A stretch of DNA of 43,753 bases from an uncultured Oscillospiraceae bacterium (GCA_964605215.1 CAZSBD010000001.1:1-43753), one strand, 5' to 3'. Counted from the stretch's first letter, positions 33,805-43,551 are shown. Notes: generated from the sequence alone by a model not told the origin. Translations and numbers: made by a program.

Positions 33805-34572
33805 TCAAACCCGGCTGTTGGCCTGTAAAAATTCATCGGCCAAGGCGGAGTAGGCCTCCGCACCCCGGCAGTACCGGTCATAAGCGTTGATGGGCTTGCC
33901 ATGGCTGGGTGCTTCGGAAAGCCGCACGTTTCGAGGCACCACGGTGCTGTAAACCTTGCGGCCAAAGTGCTTTTTTACCTCTTCCACTACCTGAACGGAA
34001 AGATTGGTTCTGCCGTCAAACATAGTTAAAAGCACACCCTCCAAGCGAATTTTCGGGTTAAGAGCCTTCTGCACGGTGCGCACCGTACTCATCAGCTGGC
34101 TCAAGCCCTCCAGGGCATAGTATTCGCATTGCAGCGGCACAATAAAGCTGTCCGCAGCGCATAAGCAGTTGACCGTCAGCAGTCCCAGAGAGGGGGGGCA
34201 GTCGATCAAAATATAGTCATAATCCTCGCCAACCTGCTCCAGCACGGTTCTTAAACGATATTCCCTCCGATCCATGCCGATCAGGTCCAGCTCCGCTCCT
34301 GCCAGATTGACATTGGAGCCAATCAGGTCAATCCACTTGGTATGTATAATGGCCTCTTTGGTTTTCAGGCTGTTGTCTACCAGCAGATCATAAATAGAAA
34401 TTTCCAGACCGCGGGGATCAACGCCAAAGCCGGAGGTCGCATTTCCCTGCGGATCGAAATCGCACAGCAGGATCTTTTTATTTCTTTCGCTGAGAGCCGC
34501 CGCCAGATTAACCGCTGTGGTGGTTTTGCCGACGCCGCCCTTTTGATTTGCAAAAGCAATGATTTTTGCCAT
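33805..34572 (-). CDS. parA: chromosome partitioning ATPase ParA/Soj
   Basis: It has the deviant Walker A motif (ANQKGGVGKTTTAVNLA) and is 255 aa long, in the canonical position. Confidence 0.92.
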   Translation of the reverse strand: MAKIIAFANQKGGVGKTTTAVNLAAALSERNKKILLCDFDPQGNATSGFGVDPRGLEISIYDLLVDNSLKTKEAIIHTKWIDLIGSNVNLAGAELDLIGMDRREYRLRTVLEQVGEDYDYILIDCPPSLGLLTVNCLCAADSFIVPLQCEYYALEGLSQLMSTVRTVQKALNPKIRLEGVLLTMFDGRTNLSVQVVEEVKKHFGRKVYSTVVPRNVRLSEAPSHGKPINAYDRYCRGAEAYSALADEFLQANSRV

Positions 34573-34652
34573 AATTTCCTCCGATCCTTTGATTTTTCGA
34601 CTTCTCCTATTATAGCACTTCTTCTTGATTTTTCAATCACTTTGTGAGATTT

Positions 34653-34668
34653 TGTTTCACGTGAAACA
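34653..34668. promoter_or_regulatory. parS centromere site (perfect 16-bp palindrome)
   Basis: TGTTTCACGTGAAACA matches the Firmicute parS consensus TGTTNCACGTGAAACA. Confidence 0.85.
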
Positions 34669-34688
34669 AAAAGCCCCTTCGGCTTTTT
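34668..34688. terminator. hairpin terminator between the two parS sites
   Basis: Stem AAAAAGCC pairs with GGCTTTTT around a 5-nt loop. It is symmetric, so it is usable on either strand, and lies downstream of the noc-like gene. Confidence 0.55.
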
Positions 34689-34714
34689 GCCAAAAGGGGC
34701 TAAAACTGTCTATG

Positions 34715-34730
34715 TGTTTCACGTGAAACA
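34715..34730. promoter_or_regulatory. second parS site (perfect)
   Basis: TGTTTCACGTGAAACA lies one base from the stop codon of the noc-like gene. Confidence 0.85.
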
Positions 34731-34731
34731 T

Positions 34732-35529
34732 TTATTGCTTTGCATTGGGAATCATGATTTTAATCAGCAGGTCGTTTTGCTGCTCCTCCCGCTCAATTTT
34801 AGCGTCCACGCCAGATTCCTGCATCAGACCCACCGCCTTGTCCACCGTGTTCAGGAAAAACCGGACATCCTTAATCAGCTTCATCACTTCCCGCTTTGGC
34901 GCTGTTTTTTTCGCCAGCAGACGTTCTATGTATTGTTCGCTGTTGTGCACATTTAAATGATACCGGATGATGTGTTCTGTAGCCTGTATGCGTTCCTCTT
35001 CTTCTTCCAAGCGTAGAATGCAGCGGGCATGGCGTTCCGTCAGCCCGTTCTCTCGAATCAGCTGCATAATTTGGGGGGAAAGCCTGAGCAGGCGCAGCTT
35101 GTTGGCCACGGCAGATTGGGTCTTGCCTACCCGTTTGGCCGCTTCCTCTTGGGTCAAGCCATAGGTCTCGATCAAACGTCGGTAACCGCAGGCCTCCTCG
35201 AAAAAGTCCAGATCCTTGCGCTGCAGATTTTCCACCAAGGCAATGGCGGAGGAATCCTCCTCATCCGCCGTCATAACAATGCAGGGAACCTCTGTCATCC
35301 CTGCCTGGCGGGCTGCCCGCAGCCGCCGCTCTCCGGCGATTAACTCGTAACCGTTTTCATCCCGGCGTACAGTCAGCGGATTCAAGATGCCATACTGGGC
35401 AATGCTTTCACTGAGCTCATCAATGGCGCTCTGCTCAAAGTATTTCCGGGGCTGAGCCGGATTTCTGCGAATCTGGTTAATTCGAATTTTTTTCAAGGTT
35501 CGATTTTCCATCATATTTTTCAGAAACAT
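34732..35529 (-). CDS. noc: ParB-family paralogue in the Noc (nucleoid occlusion) position
   Basis: ATG at 35529 follows GGGGAGGGGA. It has LIAGERRLRAA, QSAVANKLRLLRL and LTERHARCIL, which are Noc-like rather than Spo0J-like signatures. The gene order rsmG-noc-parA-parB fits. The 63-codon upstream extension is rejected. Confidence 0.7.
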   Translation of the reverse strand: MFLKNMMENRTLKKIRINQIRRNPAQPRKYFEQSAIDELSESIAQYGILNPLTVRRDENGYELIAGERRLRAARQAGMTEVPCIVMTADEEDSSAIALVENLQRKDLDFFEEACGYRRLIETYGLTQEEAAKRVGKTQSAVANKLRLLRLSPQIMQLIRENGLTERHARCILRLEEEEERIQATEHIIRYHLNVHNSEQYIERLLAKKTAPKREVMKLIKDVRFFLNTVDKAVGLMQESGVDAKIEREEQQNDLLIKIMIPNAKQ

Positions 35530-35757
35530 AGTCTCTTGTCCCCTCCCCGGATGTCCGTTATTTTCCTTACAGTTAAAGTTTACCATTTTATTCCAAAAAG
35601 TAAATACTTTTTTGTAGCCATTTTGTAACTTATGTTTCCTAAATCCTCGCATTTTTTTTATTTTCCCTGATTTTTCGGCACAATCTGCCTTATTTTGAGA
35701 CAAAGATCTTTTCGACAAAAAAAATGACTTCCCCTTTGGAGGAAGCCACCTTTTTTC

Positions 35758-36495
35758 TTATTTTTCCCTTTTCTTTTCCTGCGAGCCGCCCAGCGGTTCT
35801 TTGGAAATTTTATCAAACCGGCGGGGATACGCCGCCGGGGTAGATTTTACCTTGTCGATGACAATCACCCGATGGGTAATATCCGTAAAGGGAATGGGAT
35901 AGTCCACCATCCGACTCACCTGACCGCCCAGGATATGGATTGCCTTTTTTGCCTGCTCCAGCTCCTCATCGCTGCCTGTGCTCTTCATAGACAGAAACTG
36001 CCCTCCTACCTTGACGAAAGGCAGGCACAGTTCGCACAGGACAGGCAGCTGGGCTACAGCCCGGCTGACCGCATAATCATAGCTTTCCCGTTCCTTTTTG
36101 GCCTGTTCCTCCGCCCGGGCATGAATGGCCTGTATGCGGGTCAGCTTTTCCTCTTCCACAAAGCCTTGCAAAAACCGAATCCGCTTGCCCAGGCTGTCCA
36201 GCAGGGTAATATCCAGCTCAGGCCGCAGCAGCTTTAAGGGAATGCCGGGAAATCCGGCGCCGGTGCCGATATCAATGAGCCGCTTTTCCCCCGGCGCCAG
36301 CAGCTTTGTCAAATAGGCGCAGTCCAAAAAATGCTTGGTCACCACTTCCTCCGGCTCCCGGATGGCGGTAAGATTCATCACCTTATTTTGTTCCAGCAAA
36401 TAAACGCCAAAACGGAGCAGCTGATTCAGCCCCGGTTCTTCCGACGCAATGCCCATTTCCGTTAAGCCTGCCTGCAATAATTTTTTCGGAGTCAT
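35758..36495 (-). CDS. rsmG: 16S rRNA (guanine527-N7)-methyltransferase
   Basis: It has the SAM-binding motif ([15 protein letters not shown]), overlaps mnmG by ATGA, and sits in the conserved position. Confidence 0.9.
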   Translation of the reverse strand: MTPKKLLQAGLTEMGIASEEPGLNQLLRFGVYLLEQNKVMNLTAIREPEEVVTKHFLDCAYLTKLLAPGEKRLIDIGTGAGFPGIPLKLLRPELDITLLDSLGKRIRFLQGFVEEEKLTRIQAIHARAEEQAKKERESYDYAVSRAVAQLPVLCELCLPFVKVGGQFLSMKSTGSDEELEQAKKAIHILGGQVSRMVDYPIPFTDITHRVIVIDKVKSTPAAYPRRFDKISKEPLGGSQEKKREK

Positions 36496-38363
36496 GATTT
36501 TTCTCCTTCCGCATAGATCATCAAAGCGGTGATATCTGCCGGGCTGACGCCAGAAATTCGGGACGCCTGACCAAAGTTTACCGGCCGCACCTGATTGAGC
36601 TTCTGCCGAGCCTCCAGCCGCAGGGAGGGGATGCGGTCATAGTCGATATGTTCCGGCAAAAGCTTGCTTTCCAGCCGCCGGAACTGCTTCACATCCTCCA
36701 TCTGCCGCTTGATATAGCCGGCATATTTAATGGAGATTTCCACCTGCTCCCGGATATCCAAAGGCAGCGCAGGCCGCTCCGGATCAAAGGGCGCCAGCCC
36801 CTCATAGCTAAGCTCAGGCCGACGAATCAGCTCGGAAAGCTTGGCCCCGTTTTTCAAGGGAGCGCTGCCGCAGCTTTCCAGATAAGCCTGTACTTCTGGC
36901 CTGGGGCCTACCGTGACCTTTTCCAGCCGGGCAATCTCCGCCTCTACCTGGCGGTATTTCTGCTCTACCCGATCGCAGCGCTCCTTGGTGTTCAGCCCTA
37001 CCCGATAGCCAATGGGTACCAGCCGGATATCCGCATTGTCCTGCCGCAAAAGCAGGCGGTATTCCGACCGGGAGGTCATCATCCGGTACGGCTCATTGGT
37101 ACCCTTGGTAATCAGATCATCCACCAGGGTGCCGATATAGCCGTCCGCCCGGTCCAGGATCATAGGCTCCCGGCCTAAAATCTTAAGAGCGGCGTTAATA
37201 CCTGCTACCAGACCCTGAGCCGCCGCTTCCTCATAGCCGGAGGAACCGCAGAACTGACCTGCGCCGTACAGGCCGCTGATCTTCTTGGTCTCCAAAGTCG
37301 CTTTCAGCTCCAAAGGATCCATACAATCGTATTCAATGGCATAGGCGGGGCGCATCACCTCCGCCTCCTCCAGACCCAAAACAGAGTGGAGCATCTTTTC
37401 CTGGACATCCTCCGGCATAGAGCTGGAAAAGCCTTGAATGTACATCTCTTCCGTGTCCAGACCCATGGGTTCGACAAACAGCTGATGCCGTTTTTTATCT
37501 GCAAAACGAACGACCTTATCCTCAATGGAGGGACAGTACCGGGGGCCGATCCCTTCTATTTTGCCGGAATAAATAGGTGAACGATCCAGATTTTCCCGGA
37601 TGATCTCATGGGTGCGCTCTGTGGTATAGGTCAGGTGGCAGACCGCCACGTTTTTCGGCTTTTCCCTGGTTTCAAAAGAAAAAGGAATGATATCCTCGTC
37701 CCCCTCCTGCAGCTCCATCCCTTCAAAATGAATGCTGCGCCGGTTAACCCGGGCAGGGGTGCCGGTCTTAAAGCGCATCAGCTTAAGACCCAGCCCCTTG
37801 AGGCATTCCGTCAGCCCCAGGGCGGCAAACATACCGTCCGGCCCGCCCTCATAAAAATGCTCGCCGATGATGATCCGCCCATGGAGATAGGTGCCGGAGC
37901 AAATAATCGCGGCCTTGACCGGATAAACCGCCTCCATTTTGGTCACCACAGCGGTGACCCGGCCTTCTTCCGTCCGAATTTCCGTGATCTCCGCCTGCTT
38001 CAAATATAAATTTTCCTGTTTTTCCAAAGCATGCTTCATATAGCTGCGATAAGCGATCCGGTCCGCCTGCGCCCGCAGGGAATGGACTGCCGGCCCTTTG
38101 CCCCGGTTTAACAGCCGGTACTGAATGCATGCCGCGTCTGCCGCCTTCGCCATCTCGCCGCCCAAGGCGTCAATTTCCCGCACCAAATGGCCCTTGGCTG
38201 TGCCGCCAATGGCCGGATTGCAGGGCATGTTGCCCACAGCGTCCAGGTTGATGGTAAAGCACAGGGTGCGAAGCCCCAGCCGGGCACAGGAAAGCGCCGC
38301 CTCGATCCCGGCATGGCCCGCGCCGATAACAGCCACATCGTAGGTTCCTGCCTGATATTCCAA
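36492..38363 (-). CDS. mnmG: tRNA uridine-5-carboxymethylaminomethyl synthesis enzyme MnmG (GidA)
   Basis: TTG start lies 7 nt after AGGAGG. It has the FAD motif ([16 protein letters not shown]) and is 623 aa long. Confidence 0.95.
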   Translation of the reverse strand: MEYQAGTYDVAVIGAGHAGIEAALSCARLGLRTLCFTINLDAVGNMPCNPAIGGTAKGHLVREIDALGGEMAKAADAACIQYRLLNRGKGPAVHSLRAQADRIAYRSYMKHALEKQENLYLKQAEITEIRTEEGRVTAVVTKMEAVYPVKAAIICSGTYLHGRIIIGEHFYEGGPDGMFAALGLTECLKGLGLKLMRFKTGTPARVNRRSIHFEGMELQEGDEDIIPFSFETREKPKNVAVCHLTYTTERTHEIIRENLDRSPIYSGKIEGIGPRYCPSIEDKVVRFADKKRHQLFVEPMGLDTEEMYIQGFSSSMPEDVQEKMLHSVLGLEEAEVMRPAYAIEYDCMDPLELKATLETKKISGLYGAGQFCGSSGYEEAAAQGLVAGINAALKILGREPMILDRADGYIGTLVDDLITKGTNEPYRMMTSRSEYRLLLRQDNADIRLVPIGYRVGLNTKERCDRVEQKYRQVEAEIARLEKVTVGPRPEVQAYLESCGSAPLKNGAKLSELIRRPELSYEGLAPFDPERPALPLDIREQVEISIKYAGYIKRQMEDVKQFRRLESKLLPEHIDYDRIPSLRLEARQKLNQVRPVNFGQASRISGVSPADITALMIYAEGEKS

Positions 38364-38447
38364 AGGATCCCCTCCTGAAATTTCGTCGTTTTTTTGCAGA
38401 TTTTTCCCTTGCTTTTTCCCCAGTTTTCCCCATAGTTTTCCCCTAGT

Positions 38448-38477
38448 TGTGGAAAACTTTGTGGATAATGTGGATAA
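38448..38477. promoter_or_regulatory. cluster of three same-orientation DnaA boxes
   Basis: TGTGGAAAA (38448-38456) has one mismatch. TGTGGATAA (38460-38468) and TGTGGATAA (38469-38477) are perfect reverse complements of TTATCCACA and abut each other. Confidence 0.7.
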
Positions 38478-38579
38478 CCTTTTTACGTAATCCTGTAACT
38501 ATGGAATTTCCAAGGGTTATATCCCCTATTACATGATACAAATCGTATATTCACAAATTTTGTTTGTTATAAAATCCAA

Positions 38580-38600
38580 GGCGCGCCGATTTGACGCGCC
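38580..38600. terminator. GC hairpin downstream of mnmE
   Basis: Stem GGCGCG (38580-38585) pairs with CGCGCC (38595-38600). There are T-rich tails on both strands. Confidence 0.45.
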
Positions 38601-38638
38601 TGTTTTTCTGCCGATATCTACTAGATGTAAAATTTCTT

Positions 38639-40003
38639 TTATTTACCCACACAGAAGGTAGAAAAAATCTTATCCACAATATCATCTGTGACAGACTGGC
38701 CGGTGATCTCGCCCAGAGCCGCGATAGCGCCTTCCGCGTCCATAACCACAGCGTCCGGGGTCAGGCCGCTTTCCGCCGCGAAGAAGGATTCCTCGCACCG
38801 CTCCGCCGCCCGAGCCAAAGCCGCCGCCTGCCGGGCGTTGGTAATCAGCTCACCGTCACACTGGAGATTCGCCACGCCGATCACCTCTTCGATGGTTTGC
38901 ATCAGCCGGGGAATGCCTTCCCCGGTCTTGACGCTGACCTCCACCGTGTGAGCAAAATGACTCTTGATGTAATCCACATCCATCCTGCATTCCAAATCCT
39001 CTTTATTGATGACGGCGATGGAGCGCTTGCTCCCCGCCCGGGCGATCACCATCAGATCCTCATCCGTAACCTTCGTGGATCTGTCAAACACACACAGCAC
39101 CAGAGCCGCCTCGTTGGCTCGCTCCATGGCCTTCTGGATGCCGATCTTTTCCACCGGATCCTCGGTTTCCCGCAGACCTGCCGTGTCAGCAATTCGCAGA
39201 ACCACTGGCCCTACCTGGATGCATTCCTCCACAATATCCCGGGTAGTTCCGGGGATATCCGTCACAATGGCCCGTTCAAAGCCGGCCATCGCATTTAAGA
39301 TGGAGGACTTGCCCGCGTTGGGCTTGCCCAAAATGGTACAGGTAATCCCTTCCCGAAGTATCCGGCCCTTTTCGTAGCTTTCCGCCATGGCGTACAGTTC
39401 GCCGGTGGCGTTATGCAAAACCTCCTGAGCCTGCTCAAAAAGCGATTCATCAATCTCCTCGTCGGGAAAATCCACAACAGCGTAAAAGTTGGCCACAATA
39501 GCCACAATTTCATCCCGGATCTTCTGCACTTTTTTACCCACAGCGCCCCGCACCTGAGCGGCGGCGTTTTCCACCGCCTGGGCGGTCTGGGCGCAGATCA
39601 AATCGCCCACTGCTTCCGCCTCGGAAAGATCCAGTTTGCCGTTTAAAAAGGCTCGCTTTGTATATTCTCCCGGGCCGGCAGGCTGGGCGCCCTGGGCATA
39701 TAATGCCGCAAGGCCCTGCCGCAGGATTTCCAAAGAGCCGTGACAATGCAGCTCTGCACAATCCTCCCCGGTATAGCTATGGGGTCCCGGCATGATCACC
39801 GCCAAACAGCTGTCAATGATCTTGCCCCCCTCATTTTTTAAATTTCCATAAACCAATTCTCGTTCAGCACACTGGCTGAGTTTTTTGCCGTTTGCAGGGG
39901 AAAACACCGCTTCTGCAATCCGGATCGCCTCATCACCGGACAACCGGAGAATCCCCACTGGCCCGGAAACGGGCGCCGTGGCAATCGCAGCAATCGTTTT
40001 CAC
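38639..40003 (-). CDS. mnmE: tRNA modification GTPase MnmE (TrmE/ThdF)
   Basis: GTG start lies 7 nt after AAGGAG. It has G-domain motifs (GKPNAGKSSILN, DTAGLR, NKED) and the C-terminal CVGK (C-I/V-G-K motif). Confidence 0.95.
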   Translation of the reverse strand: MKTIAAIATAPVSGPVGILRLSGDEAIRIAEAVFSPANGKKLSQCAERELVYGNLKNEGGKIIDSCLAVIMPGPHSYTGEDCAELHCHGSLEILRQGLAALYAQGAQPAGPGEYTKRAFLNGKLDLSEAEAVGDLICAQTAQAVENAAAQVRGAVGKKVQKIRDEIVAIVANFYAVVDFPDEEIDESLFEQAQEVLHNATGELYAMAESYEKGRILREGITCTILGKPNAGKSSILNAMAGFERAIVTDIPGTTRDIVEECIQVGPVVLRIADTAGLRETEDPVEKIGIQKAMERANEAALVLCVFDRSTKVTDEDLMVIARAGSKRSIAVINKEDLECRMDVDYIKSHFAHTVEVSVKTGEGIPRLMQTIEEVIGVANLQCDGELITNARQAAALARAAERCEESFFAAESGLTPDAVVMDAEGAIAALGEITGQSVTDDIVDKIFSTFCVGK

Positions 40004-40080
40004 TTAGAACTCCTTTTTATCTCTGTTCTTACTCGTCACGGAATAAGGCGGCGGCTCCCGTTCCGCCGCCTCTCAGCAGT

Positions 40081-40956
40081 TTAGTTTTCATCTTCTTGTG
40101 TACTGTTAAAGCCGTCCTTACTGTAGCCGCCCCGGCTGCGGCGGCCGTGATAGTGGCCTGCGTTTTCCACCGCGATGACAATGCGGCGGTTAGGCTCGCT
40201 GCCAGTGGAATAGGTGGTCACGCCGCTGTAATCCTGCAAGGCGGAATGGATGATCCGCCGCTCGTAGGGATTCATCGGCTCCAATGTCATGTTTCTCCGA
40301 TATTTTACCGCCTTGCCCGCCATCTTACGAGCCAGCCGCTGGAGGGATTCCTCTCGTCTTGCCCGGTAATTTTCCGTATTGACGGCCACCCGAATGTGGT
40401 TGTCTGCCCCTTTGTTGACATACAAAGAAGTCAGATACTGAATGGCGTCCAGCGTATCGCCCCGGCGGCCGATGACAGCGCCCATATTCTGACCCCGGAT
40501 ATCCAGCTTAATGTAATCTTCCCGGGAATCCTCTTCCAGGAAGGCTTCGCCCTCAATACCCATCTTGGCCAAAAGCTCGTCAATGAAGGACTTAGCTTTG
40601 GCCTGGGCGTCCTCCAACTGTCCGTCTGTTTGAACCGGCTCCTGGGCAGGCTGTGCAGCGGCAGCTTGCGGCTTAGGCTCCTGAGGCTCCTGCATTGCAG
40701 GAACCTTGCCCTCTGGCGCCTGGGAAACAGGTTCCGGCTTCTGCGGCTTTTTCTCCGCCGCTGCCTGAACCGGCTCGTCCGGCACTTCATAAGTAACCTT
40801 AACCTTAGCCGGCTTACGGCCGATGCCGAAAAGACCCTTTGTCTCTTTTTCGATCACTTCGACCTGTACACTGTCCCGATCCAGCTGCAACTCACACAAA
40901 GCATTTTTAGTCGCCTCATCAATGTTAGCGCCTGTCATTTCTAATGATTTGAGCAT
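40081..40956 (-). CDS. jag: Jag/KhpB-type RNA-binding protein (Jag_N, KH and R3H domains)
   Basis: It has an N-terminal Jag_N domain (ATKNALCELQLDRDSVQVEVIEK), a Pro/Gln-rich linker, a KH segment (IGRRGDTLDAIQYL) and an R3H segment (LEPMNPYERRIIHSAL). Confidence 0.85.
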   Translation of the reverse strand: MLKSLEMTGANIDEATKNALCELQLDRDSVQVEVIEKETKGLFGIGRKPAKVKVTYEVPDEPVQAAAEKKPQKPEPVSQAPEGKVPAMQEPQEPKPQAAAAQPAQEPVQTDGQLEDAQAKAKSFIDELLAKMGIEGEAFLEEDSREDYIKLDIRGQNMGAVIGRRGDTLDAIQYLTSLYVNKGADNHIRVAVNTENYRARREESLQRLARKMAGKAVKYRRNMTLEPMNPYERRIIHSALQDYSGVTTYSTGSEPNRRIVIAVENAGHYHGRRSRGGYSKDGFNSTQEDEN

Positions 40957-40970
40957 GGCTGCCTTCCTCC

Positions 40971-41957
40971 TTATTTTTTGTGCTTTTTCTTACTCTTATT
41001 GGGAATGTTTTTCATTTCCTGCATCTGCTGCTTGATTTCCTTCTGTGTACGCGGCATCTGATCCAGCTGCGGTTTTCTCTCCCTGGGCTGATTCGTCTGC
41101 GGAGTAGGAGCCGGAGTCTGAATCTTCAAAACCTTAACAATAAAGATCTCCTGGAAGAACATCAGCACGTTGCCGGCGATCCAGTAAACGCCCAGGCAGG
41201 CAGGCAGGATAAAGCCGAAATAAACGCTCATCAAGGGCATCATGGCCATCATATATTTCATCTGATCGAAGCCCTGCTGCCGCTGCTGCTTTGGCATACT
41301 CTGCTTCTGGAACTTATAGTTCAAAAAGCTGTAAAGAAGAGAGGTAAGGCCGGACAAAATAGGAATCAGCCACAGAATGCTGGGATCCTTGATGCTGGGG
41401 GTCTGGGTCAGATCAAAGCAGAGGAAGTGGAAATCAATATTCACCAGCTTGCTGGTGATCTCGGTTCCCAGGGTCTGCAGCTTGTCAAAGTTTTCGCTGA
41501 GCAGACCTGCCATATCCAGCTCGATATTTCTGCTTTTTTTGGTATACTCCAGGCCCATCACAGCGGCAATTTCCTTCAGCTGGCTGGTGTTCAGACCCAT
41601 CATAAAGGTCAGGGGCTTCTGGATGATGCCATACAGGCCCCACAAAATCGGCAGCTGGATCAGCATAGGCAGACAGCCGCTGGAAGGGCTGATGTCGTTG
41701 GATGCATACAGCTTCTGCATTTCTTCGTTGATTTTGACTTTGTCATTCTTGTACTTACGCTGGATCTCCTGAATCTTAGGCGAAAGCTGAGACATGGCGG
41801 CGGTGCTCTTCCGGGCTCTGACCTGCAAAGGCATCAGCACAAGCCGGACTGCCAGAGTAAACAGCAGGATCGAGATACCATAGGAACCCACCACGTTGTA
41901 CAGGGCCATCAGAACGATACCAAAGGGTCTGGTGACCAATAAATAAATGATTTGCAT
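40971..41957 (-). CDS. yidC: membrane protein insertase YidC/SpoIIIJ family
   Basis: ATG at 41957 lies 5 nt after GGAGG. It has multi-TM YidC core motifs (LLFTLAVRLVLMPL, GCLPMLIQLPILWGLY) and a basic C-terminal tail. Confidence 0.9.
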   Translation of the reverse strand: MQIIYLLVTRPFGIVLMALYNVVGSYGISILLFTLAVRLVLMPLQVRARKSTAAMSQLSPKIQEIQRKYKNDKVKINEEMQKLYASNDISPSSGCLPMLIQLPILWGLYGIIQKPLTFMMGLNTSQLKEIAAVMGLEYTKKSRNIELDMAGLLSENFDKLQTLGTEITSKLVNIDFHFLCFDLTQTPSIKDPSILWLIPILSGLTSLLYSFLNYKFQKQSMPKQQRQQGFDQMKYMMAMMPLMSVYFGFILPACLGVYWIAGNVLMFFQEIFIVKVLKIQTPAPTPQTNQPRERKPQLDQMPRTQKEIKQQMQEMKNIPNKSKKKHKK

Positions 41958-41990
41958 GGTTTCCTCCAAAAAGTTGAAATCTCCCCGGGC

Positions 41991-42203
41991 TTACGGCACA
42001 GGGTCGTAAGGGTCCCGATGGGAAAAGGGGTGGCACCGGGAAAGGCGCCGAAGTGCCAGAAAACCGCCCTTCAAAGCGCCATACTTTTCAATGGCTTCCA
42101 GGGCGTACCGGGAGCAGGTCGGAATATACCGGCAGCTTGGCGGGGTATAAGGCGAGATGCATCGGCGGTAAAATCGAATCATAGCCAGTAGAATGCTTTT
42201 CAT
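41991..42203 (-). CDS. yidD: membrane protein insertion efficiency factor YidD
   Basis: 70 aa, with the conserved C(R/K)(F/Y)xPTCS(x)Y motif ([16 protein letters not shown]). Confidence 0.9.
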   Translation of the reverse strand: MKSILLAMIRFYRRCISPYTPPSCRYIPTCSRYALEAIEKYGALKGGFLALRRLSRCHPFSHRDPYDPVP

Positions 42204-42208
42204 GATTG

Positions 42209-42565
42209 TTACCTGATTTCTGTTTTAGGCTGGTCCAAAAGGCGCAGCTTAGAGGCTGCTTTGCGGAAGGATTTTTCCACCTCCCAAAAAGTGGCGCCTA
42301 CAATGCGGCTGCGGGCCACGATGACAAAATCCATGCCTGTGGGCAGCCGGTCCTCATAAAAGCGATAGGCTTCCCGGATCAGCCGTTTGGCCCGGTTTCT
42401 TGTGACGGCATTGCCGATTTTCGTGCTGACGGTAATGCCCAGCCGGTTGTGATCCAGCCTGTTTTTTTTGCAGTAAACGGCCACATGGCGCCCCGCCTGG
42501 GACTGACCCTTGTGATACAGCCGTCTAAAGTCTCGGTTCTCCTTGATGGGAACGGTTTTTTTCAT
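42209..42565 (-). CDS. rnpA: ribonuclease P protein component
   Basis: ATG at 42565 follows AAGAGGAAAA, giving 118 aa. It has the RNR motif ([15 protein letters not shown]). The long in-frame upstream extension in the ORF track is rejected. Confidence 0.9.
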   Translation of the reverse strand: MKKTVPIKENRDFRRLYHKGQSQAGRHVAVYCKKNRLDHNRLGITVSTKIGNAVTRNRAKRLIREAYRFYEDRLPTGMDFVIVARSRIVGATFWEVEKSFRKAASKLRLLDQPKTEIR

Positions 42566-42800
42566 ATGTTTTCCTCTTAATTTCGTCTTCCGGTATGCCC
42601 TGACGCTTTCCCCTTCTGGGTACGGCGTGCCGGAATGACCTGATCGGCTCTGCACGCTATGCCGACGCTGGCGGACCGCTTGGTTTTCAGGAAAGAGAGG
42701 CGGCCGCCCGGTTCCTGTTCTCTCTCTCTCCCAGATCTTCCGCATAGAAAAATCCCCGGCGGATTCTTGTAAGCCGGATCCGGATTCACGCAACGAAAGA

Positions 42801-42826
42801 AAAGGACCGCAGTACTGCGGTCCTTT
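42801..42826 (-). terminator. hairpin terminator or attenuator downstream of rpmH
   Basis: AAAGGACCGCAG-TA-CTGCGGTCCTTT is a perfect 12-bp stem, followed on the minus strand by TCTTTCGTT. Confidence 0.6.
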
Positions 42827-42845
42827 GCAATTCATTTTTTCGACT

Positions 42846-42980
42846 TTATCTGGAAAGTCTTTTTCTGCCTCTGGATCTGCGGTTTGCAAGGACTTTTCTG
42901 CCGTTGGCAGTGCTCATTCTCTTCCGGAATCCATGAACCTTACTGCGCTGACGCTTCTTAGGCTGATAGGTTCTAAGCAT
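42846..42980 (-). CDS. rpmH: 50S ribosomal protein L34
   Basis: It is not in the ORF track because it is shorter than 60 aa. GGAGGTG lies upstream of the ATG at 42980. The translation is [44 protein letters not shown] (44 aa). Confidence 0.95.
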   Translation of the reverse strand: MLRTYQPKKRQRSKVHGFRKRMSTANGRKVLANRRSRGRKRLSR

Positions 42981-43189
42981 AACTATGCACCTCCATTTAA
43001 AAATTTAAACACGGGCACCGGCACAGGGCCGAACCTTCGGGCTCATGCCGCTGCCTGCATCCATACCGTGAAACAAAAATATTATAATCTCTTCCAACCT
43101 GTTTGTCAATACAGTTTTGCTTTTTTCTTCCCTGTTTTTCCCGATTTTTTATGAAAAAACTGCATAAACCTAAACTTTTCCCCAAGCCT

Positions 43190-43520
43190 GCCCAGATATA
43201 GGTTTTTTCCGGTCTTGATTCCTACTATATTTTGTAGCGTGTCAAAAAAGAAAAGAAAACTTTATGAATTTTTTATCCTGATTTGTTACAAAACTATAGC
43301 TTTGGACAGAGCAGGCTGCAGAATTTTGCCTTCTGCCTTTTCCCCCAAAAAAACAATTTTTCCCACAATTTGTGGATCGCTCATGATTTTTTTCTAAATA
43401 CTGTGGTCAGACAATGGTTTTCCTTGTTTTTCCTTTTTGGAAAATTCTGCTTTTCCATCAAAACTTATAAATTTTAGGGAAATTTTTGGGTAGTTTTGTG
43501 TTTAATTTCGTTCCGTTAAA
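43190..43520. other. AT-rich region upstream of dnaA (probable part of oriC) with degenerate DnaA-box-like elements
   Basis: It lies between rpmH and the expected dnaA gene. It has long A/T tracts. The palindrome CCACAAtTTGTGG (43363-43375) is formed by two convergent two-mismatch DnaA-box-like 9-mers. No perfect TTATCCACA was seen here. Confidence 0.45.
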
Positions 43521-43523
43521 TTC

Positions 43524-43551
43524 TTGACAAGGCTAAAAAACATAATATAAT
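43524..43551 (+). promoter_or_regulatory. near-consensus sigma-A promoter facing the right window edge (probably dnaA)
   Basis: TTGACA (43524-43529), a 16-nt spacer, then TATAAT (43546-43551). The window ends ~200 nt downstream in ttGGGAG, a likely RBS. Confidence 0.6.

Noticed and set aside
39892-41942. Very long antisense ORFs opposite jag and yidC (350 aa and 320 aa). Similar ones lie opposite the SLH protein gene (18735-19844), MocR (5944-6951), the aminopeptidase (3627-4415) and MATE (15550-16245).
   Set aside because: These are typical shadow ORFs of GC-rich coding sequence. Their composition is Arg/Gly/Leu-rich and low-complexity, they lack an RBS, and the opposite strand carries unmistakable conserved proteins.
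42566-42889. A 108-codon in-frame upstream extension of rnpA in the ORF track (226 aa total).
   Set aside because: The RNase P protein is ~115-120 aa. The extension overlaps the rpmH terminator and the rpmH 3' end. The ATG at 42565 has an RBS and starts the conserved [15 protein letters not shown] sequence.
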